Shown here: piece by piece, positions 58,749-64,000 of the stretch
How positions within the stretch are numbered: the first letter of the stretch is position 1
Layout of the letters: each line of letters starts with the position of its first letter
IMG/VR virus record: IMGVR_UViG_3300031951_000022
Span: 64,001 to 128,000 of that record
DNA length: 64,000 bases
Reading direction: 5' to 3' (one strand)
Origin: a virus
Position numbers and translations under genes: made by a program
Notes under the pieces: generated by a model
Told to the model about the DNA's origin: nothing
Database searches by the model: none
Seen by the model: only the letters and a program-made list of their open reading frames with translations

Positions 58749-59442
58749 TTTCGTTCTTGGTGAAGGCGTTCTTAAACTTAATCTTTTGTCCCAAATTTCT
58801 ATGTAACTTTAAAAATCTAATAATTATTTCAGCGGTATCTCTAACGTCCTTTAAGGCGTCGTGGGCACCTTCTTTGGAAATTCCGAAATAATCTCGCAAA
58901 CTATCAAGAGTGTAGCTTTTTAAGTCATTATTATTTTCGAACCAATAAAAGATTAAATTCATACCATCAATAACATCTCTTGGATAAAAAATATCTGTTC
59001 GCCCTTCCTTATTTAGGTTGCCGTACTTATTACTAAGCCGATCAACAATATGAAGGTCGAATCTGTTGATATTGTATCCCGCCGCAATAGGAGCGCTAAA
59101 TTGGCTTTTCTTAGAACTTCTGGAATGATATTTATCCAGATAGTTAATAAACATCTTCCATGAGTGTTCTTGTTTTGGATATTGATGCCAAGCCTTTAAA
59201 ACATCATCTTGGGAACACCCCTTAACTTTAGAGTGAAATTCCAAAATGTCGGTTTCGTATCTATGGTCTTTGTTATTTTCTAGAACTTCTGGCTTGAAAT
59301 GCATATTAAATTCTGACCCATCAATAACCTCTAATTGTAGAGGATCTATCATAAGTGCAGCAATTTGTACAGGACTGCAAACCCTAGGATCAGAACCGTC
59401 TGTTTCAAAATCAAAAACGCAAATCTTATTATAGTTGATCAT
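58741..59442 (-). CDS. DEDDh 3'-5' exonuclease (DnaQ-like)
   Basis: FDFETDG, GYNI.RFD and HDALKD motifs. Confidence 0.9.
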   Translation of the reverse strand: MINYNKICVFDFETDGSDPRVCSPVQIAALMIDPLQLEVIDGSEFNMHFKPEVLENNKDHRYETDILEFHSKVKGCSQDDVLKAWHQYPKQEHSWKMFINYLDKYHSRSSKKSQFSAPIAAGYNINRFDLHIVDRLSNKYGNLNKEGRTDIFYPRDVIDGMNLIFYWFENNNDLKSYTLDSLRDYFGISKEGAHDALKDVRDTAEIIIRFLKLHRNLGQKIKFKNAFTKNENV

Positions 59443-59614
59443 TTACTTCTACTTCTACATTGGGTGATAGAAACGTTGTATTCTTTTCATTTGCTGTTGC
59501 ATGAGCATTGATTGATCGACAGCAGCTTACTTTTACTGTTGCAGTCTTCTTATATTCAATACCTTTGTGTGTGAATGTTTCGCCTTCTGCAATTTCTGAA
59601 AACTTCTTAATCAT
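59429..59614 (-). CDS. Small hypothetical protein (61 aa)
   Basis: Coupled overlaps on both sides; KKFSEI..GETF...G.EY.K...SCC. Confidence 0.7.
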   Translation of the reverse strand: MIKKFSEIAEGETFTHKGIEYKKTATVKVSCCRSINAHATANEKNTTFLSPNVEVEVNDQL

Positions 59615-61495
59615 ATTTCTACTCCTTCTATTAAGAGATCTTGTATTGTCATAATCTTATCTAACATCGCTACGCCTAAAACATCAAATTTAATAATACC
59701 AATAGCTTCTAGGTCTTGCATTTCCATTCCGGCAATTAGCTGATTATTTTTACTATCAAAAACCATAGGACATAATTCGCTTAATGGCTCTGAACTAATA
59801 GCAATACCAGCCGCGTGTTTGGACTGATTAGACTTAGTTCCTTCTAATCTAATAGCCTGCTCAAACCTTTTTGCCAACGGCCCCTGTAGTTCTCCTTTGT
59901 CGTCAATATAGCACCACTCCTTGAGCTTTTCAGAATTATTTTCTAAAGCCCAACGAATAATAGATGCCTCTCCAGTTTCTTCTTTCATTTCTTGTAGTTC
60001 ATCTGCAATCTTAGCTTCATCTGGAATATTTTTAGTAATACGATTCATTTCTTCAAAACTAATATTACCATATACTCTTAATACGTCCTTAAGAGCACCT
60101 CTTCCCTTGATGGTGTTAAAGGTAACCATTTGAGATACTTTATCATGACTATACTTATCTTTGATATATTGAATAATTACTTCACGCTTATTAATAGGAA
60201 CGTCAACATCAATATCTGGCATACTAATACGATCTTTGGTGTTTCGGCCAGAATTATAAAATCTATCAAAGAATAGGTTGTATTTGATTGGATCAATACT
60301 GGTAATACCTATTAGATATGATACCAGACATCCAGCCGCACTTCCTCGTCCCGGTCCCGGAAGCCACCCACTTGTTCGCACATAATTTACAATATCTTGT
60401 ACTATCAAAAAGTAGCTACTTAAATTCGCCCCCTGTAAAACATCTAGTTCATATTTGATTCTATCTACATATTGTTGTTGATCGTCTTTTGGTATGATAT
60501 TAGCAATTTTTTCTTTCCAGCCCTTACGACAAAGCTCTCTAAGATATTCTGCGTCATCAAAACCTTTCGGACAATCAAATGGAGGTAGTTTAGGCTTGCT
60601 TAGGATATCATATTCTTCTATAAGACTAGCCACATATTGTGTGTTTGCTATTTCTTCTTCTGTATGCAAGGCTGCCATTTCTTCTTGAGAAAGAATATGG
60701 TAATTATCTGATGTGAAAAAGCATCCCATAGGCACATCTTCGTCATTACTAATCTTACGACTAATTTCTGGAAATGTAGTTTTCAAATTGTTACAGAGCA
60801 AAATGCGCTGATCAATAGCGTCCTCTTTACGACAATAATGTGCGTCTGGAGTACAAATAACTTTTGTATCTGTTTGCTTACCAATTTCTCTAATAGCTTT
60901 TGTAAGCTCTTTTTGTACGGTTAGATTTTCGGCATCCATTAGTTGGGCCTCTAAAAACACACCACTAAAGTGCTTCTTAAGATCTAAAACATGATTCTTT
61001 CCTAGCTCTAGCCAGTTTGGTTTGAGTTGATAATTATCCAGAATAGTGTCAGCTAGGGTTGATCCTAGATGTCCGGTGATAGCAATTAAATTACCGTCAT
61101 TTAAAGCATAGAGGCTTTTTAGGTCTAGTCTAGGCTTATGATAATAATTCTCCGGTCTATTGGATTCTGATACTATACGAACGAGAGTTTTCCATCCATC
61201 ATAGTTTTTAGACAAAATTAGAAAATGGCTTAATTCTTTATTATGCTTTTCTTTAATGGTTGGATCATTGTCGCAAATATAAAGCTCACAACCAAGAATC
61301 GGCTTAATGCCAGCCTGTTTCATTGCCATATAAAATTTAACAGCACCGGCAATATTACCATGATCTGTGATAGCACATGCTGTTGCTCCAATCTCTTTGC
61401 ATCTTTCTGCCATTTGTTCTGGTTTAGATAGTCCATCCAAAAGTGAGAACATAGCCCACTTAGGAATGGACATGAAGCGGTATATAGTTGCTCAT
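59611..61495 (-). CDS. dnaE: DNA polymerase III alpha, N-terminal half (PHP/palm/thumb); reading frame interrupted at 61453-61462
   Basis: MSNYIPLHVHS* in one frame and MFSLLDG...ITDHG...GCE...DAHY...GPGRGSAAG...PDIDVD...KHAAG...KFDVLG in another. Confidence 0.9.
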
Positions 61496-61740
61496 GTCCA
61501 TCCAATTTTCTCCTTGTTGGCTACGACCTTCTCACATAATTTAATAAATATATGTAAAGGAAAGTCTAGTTTCATTTTATTAATATCTTTTTTGACCCAC
61601 CAAACATTATTTTTGACGTATCCTTTAGAACTATCAATTCTATCTAATGACCCGTCTTTGTCAAGATCAATTTCTTCGCCTGTGATGGCACACTTTTTAT
61701 TCTGGGTTTCTGTATAAAGTTTCCACAAAAATTCAATGGG
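61492..61740 (-). pseudogene. Free-standing HNH/EndoVII-like homing endonuclease domain lacking a canonical start
   Basis: FLWKL...QNKKCAITG...SLDRIDSSKGY.KNNV.WV...INKMK. No in-frame ATG or RBS after the upstream stop; its own stop overlaps the dnaE ATG. Confidence 0.6.
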
Positions 61741-61747
61741 TATGTAG

Positions 61748-62791
61748 CTATTCAGCCGAGCCAGGAGCCTTGTACTTTCCAATAGTATATCCCGGAACTG
61801 TGTATTCGTCAACTACATTTTCCATCCCCTTGAGTTGAATATCATGCTTAATTTGTTCGCACTTGGTCATTGCTGTATCAACAGAACACAACTGACCATC
61901 TCTATACTCAAGGATTGGTAGAACATGACTATTTTGAAATGTTGTTTTACCAAAATGACAAAGCTTATTACATTTCCAAGACTTATTTAATTGAGGGACT
62001 TTAGTGCTTTTAATTGTTTCAAATTTTTGCCTAATCATATCTTCTGTTTTGGGCAGGTCGTTCTTATCGTAGCATATGCTAAATGCTCCGCCATCATTAA
62101 TGAAATTAATTGTGAATATGATATGTTCTATTTTTGGATACAGCTGACTTACAGCATAATGATAAATTCTTAATTGGGGGTCATTATGTAATTTTGCTAA
62201 GGTTTTTTCTTCGCCAGTTGCCCAATCTAATCTACGACCAGTTTTCCAGTCTACAATTTCAATAGTATTATCGTCAATAGAGGTAATAAGGTCAATAGTG
62301 CCTTTAATAGCCAATTGTCCTTCTAGAATTTCTCCATCAATATTGTATTTATAATTAGCCCACGGCTTATTGATCACAATATCAAAGTGCTGCTCTGGCT
62401 GTAGTATGTTTCTCAACCTAGGGTCAAAGGATTTGTTGTGGTCTGTGATTGCTTTATAGCACCACTTGTGGCAGTCTTTAAAATCTTTAACATCCCACTC
62501 ATGGTGTTTAAACTGGGACGTATAATAATCATAGACCTGTTCAATAATATGGTCTAAATTATACTTGTCAACACTAATGTCTCCAAGAATATCGTCATTA
62601 TATATTTTTTGATTATTCTGTGTACATAGCTTAATATGGGCTAATATTTCTAATACCTTATGACAAATTGTGCCTTTATCGGCTTTAATTCCAGATGGCG
62701 AACGTATACCTAGGACATATTCAATAAAATACTGTTGAGGACACATAGAGTGTGTTCCATAAGAACTGCTTCTTAAATATGTGATTATAAT
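61748..62791 (-). CDS. PD-(D/E)XK nuclease (Cas4/AddB-like, possible Fe-S cluster), probable ATT start
   Basis: RSSS....MCPQQY, KGTI.HKVLE, KGTIDLI, IVDWKTG, QL.IY and C..LC motifs. Confidence 0.85.
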   Translation of the reverse strand: MIITYLRSSSYGTHSMCPQQYFIEYVLGIRSPSGIKADKGTICHKVLEILAHIKLCTQNNQKIYNDDILGDISVDKYNLDHIIEQVYDYYTSQFKHHEWDVKDFKDCHKWCYKAITDHNKSFDPRLRNILQPEQHFDIVINKPWANYKYNIDGEILEGQLAIKGTIDLITSIDDNTIEIVDWKTGRRLDWATGEEKTLAKLHNDPQLRIYHYAVSQLYPKIEHIIFTINFINDGGAFSICYDKNDLPKTEDMIRQKFETIKSTKVPQLNKSWKCNKLCHFGKTTFQNSHVLPILEYRDGQLCSVDTAMTKCEQIKHDIQLKGMENVVDEYTVPGYTIGKYKAPGSAE

Positions 62792-63426
62792 GGTAGTATT
62801 CCTTGATTTTGAAGAAAGGTCAAAATTGTATTGTTTTTTTGTTCAAGTGTCATATTAGAGTTATCTAATACTAGACTAAATCTTGTCCAATCATAATTAT
62901 CTGGATCTAATGCTCGTTCTGGTTCAGAGTCTGAGTTGAATATGTCTTTGGTTAGTCTGATAACTATTCCATTATTATCTAATACGCTATTTACCTCATT
63001 AGGGAAGCGATTGTCTAAAATAATAGCCAAATCATGCTGCTCTCTATATATCTTTGATATAGTAGCATCCACCCAAATATTACCGTACATTTTACGAAAA
63101 ATTTCAGTGCCAATAACCTCCATTACCTGTCGCCCAGTAAGATAGTCATTAGTAACCATGTCATTATAGTGTTTTTGCTGAATCTCTATAGGCATATCTG
63201 ACCAACGAATATTGGTTAAAGTATTCTTATCCTCGTCTGTACCATAGCACTGCTCATGTGTTAATCCTAGCAGATTCATACAGATGTCTTGTTTTAATGG
63301 ATCAGCAAAGCTATATAGCTTGCAAGAAATTGGTAGGAAATTTTGCTTAATAAACTTTTCTACAAATTCCCCTGAAGTACTTTTGCCAGATTGTTTTCTT
63401 CCAGAAAAGGCTAAGATTTTTGTCAT
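62785..63426 (-). CDS. Deoxynucleoside monophosphate kinase
   Basis: SGRKQSGKST, FADPLK, RQVM..IGTE.FR and D.RFPNE motifs. Confidence 0.88.
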   Translation of the reverse strand: MTKILAFSGRKQSGKSTSGEFVEKFIKQNFLPISCKLYSFADPLKQDICMNLLGLTHEQCYGTDEDKNTLTNIRWSDMPIEIQQKHYNDMVTNDYLTGRQVMEVIGTEIFRKMYGNIWVDATISKIYREQHDLAIILDNRFPNEVNSVLDNNGIVIRLTKDIFNSDSEPERALDPDNYDWTRFSLVLDNSNMTLEQKNNTILTFLQNQGILPL

Positions 63427-64000
63427 ACAATACTTTCTAAGTAGGTTTTGATTTCTGTATTAATTTCTTCCTTGCTCATTTCGCCAACGTCTGATTTGCT
63501 GATTTGCGGAATAAAAATTCTGTATGTATTCTGACACTTATTTTTGATTTGTTCTGCTGCTTTCCGTCCAGCGTCATCGTTATCTGTAAGAATAATAAGG
63601 CTCATAGCTCCGGAAGAATCTAATAGTATTTTTTGTCTATCGCTTAAAGAAGACCCAAACATAGCAACACTATTGTGTATACCATTTTCTTCTAGTCTCC
63701 AAACATTACCCGGACTTTCAACAATAATCGCAATGCCGCTTTTTAAAATATGCTCTTTAGCAAACCAGAAGTTATACAAATAGTTTTGACTCTTAAAGTC
63801 AGCATTATGCTTCCACTTGGGAAACTTCCATGAGTTCTCCGATGTGGGGCAAGGATTGGATGAACTGTGATATGCTTTGCAAGCGGGGCATTTTTCATAT
63901 GTGCTACGGCCTGTGCATCCTACCATGAAGTCATAATTATTATCATAGATCGGAACCACCACTCTGTCACTCATCTCCTTGCCTTCTTTGGTACATAATC
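63423..64000 (-). CDS. DNA primase (TOPRIM domain), 5'-truncated by the window edge
   Basis: RVVVPI...VG.TGR, KWKH, LYN, IIVESPGNV and TDNDDAG motifs. Confidence 0.88.
   Translation of the reverse strand, partial: LCTKEGKEMSDRVVVPIYDNNYDFMVGCTGRSTYEKCPACKAYHSSSNPCPTSENSWKFPKWKHNADFKSQNYLYNFWFAKEHILKSGIAIIVESPGNVWRLEENGIHNSVAMFGSSLSDRQKILLDSSGAMSLIILTDNDDAGRKAAEQIKNKCQNTYRIFIPQISKSDVGEMSKEEINTEIKTYLESIV

Noticed and set aside
58741-59614. Split intein joining the two DnaE halves
   Set aside because: The N-half has no terminal intein-N (C1/block B) and the C-half has no leading intein-C (HN|C/S/T). The only intein is a complete cis element.
61455-61464. Self-splicing group I intron in dnaE
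   Set aside because: Only 10 nt with no catalytic core; retained only as a trans-splicing or remnant hypothesis.
61748-62791. Cas4 as part of a CRISPR-Cas system
   Set aside because: It is a stand-alone PD-(D/E)XK nuclease among replication genes, with no cas1/cas2 or array in the window.
1-64000. Alternative genetic code (stop-codon reassignment)
   Set aside because: Long genes are intact in code 11 and TAA, TAG and TGA all terminate genes. The dnaE interruption also changes frame, so readthrough alone would not repair it.
1-64000. tRNA/rRNA genes, tail sheath, holin/endolysin, integrase
   Set aside because: None recognised by eye. Intergenic gaps outside 1-2700 are short, so these genes may lie elsewhere in the genome.

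Overview
This window is part of an AT-rich, large tailed dsDNA phage genome read in the standard bacterial code. It is probably a siphovirus (tail tube and a 1958-aa tape measure, no sheath). The host is probably a Planctomycete, inferred from an LEPRxLL-like N-terminal motif on a phage subtilase and from Cys-rich virion proteins. Layout: (1) 1-2600, minus-strand array of tiny ORFs, nearly all with their own promoter, interspersed with a composite repeat. The repeat contains nested sigma70/sigma28-like promoters, a TGTCAA-N6-TTGACA palindrome, a sigma54-like box and paired 11-7-11 palindromes resembling tyrosine-recombinase core sites. (2) An S8 protease, an HTH protein and a phage sigma factor with a Cys-rich insert. 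(3) Plus-strand morphogenesis operon, 5055-42881: terminase, portal, protease/scaffold, capsid, fibre module, neck, tail tube, tape measure and tail-tip proteins, ending in a Ser/Cys-rich protein and a Thr/Pro/Ser mucin-like protein. (4) A convergent minus-strand glycosylation cluster: GT60-type GlcNAc transferase, HtrL/YibB-GT2, further GTs and a methyltransferase. (5) Minus-strand replication module: SSAP, SSB, DnaE split into two genes, DEDDh exonuclease, PD-(D/E)XK nuclease, dNMP kinase and primase. One DnaE half carries an HNH intein; the other has a 10-nt, stop-containing interruption inside the PHP HxH motif. Top leads: a putative phage-encoded mucin-type O-glycosylation system, a probable recoding or micro-splicing event in dnaE, and a promoter-bearing mini-gene cassette array delimited by recombinase-like sites. 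All family assignments come from motif recognition by eye; no database search was run.
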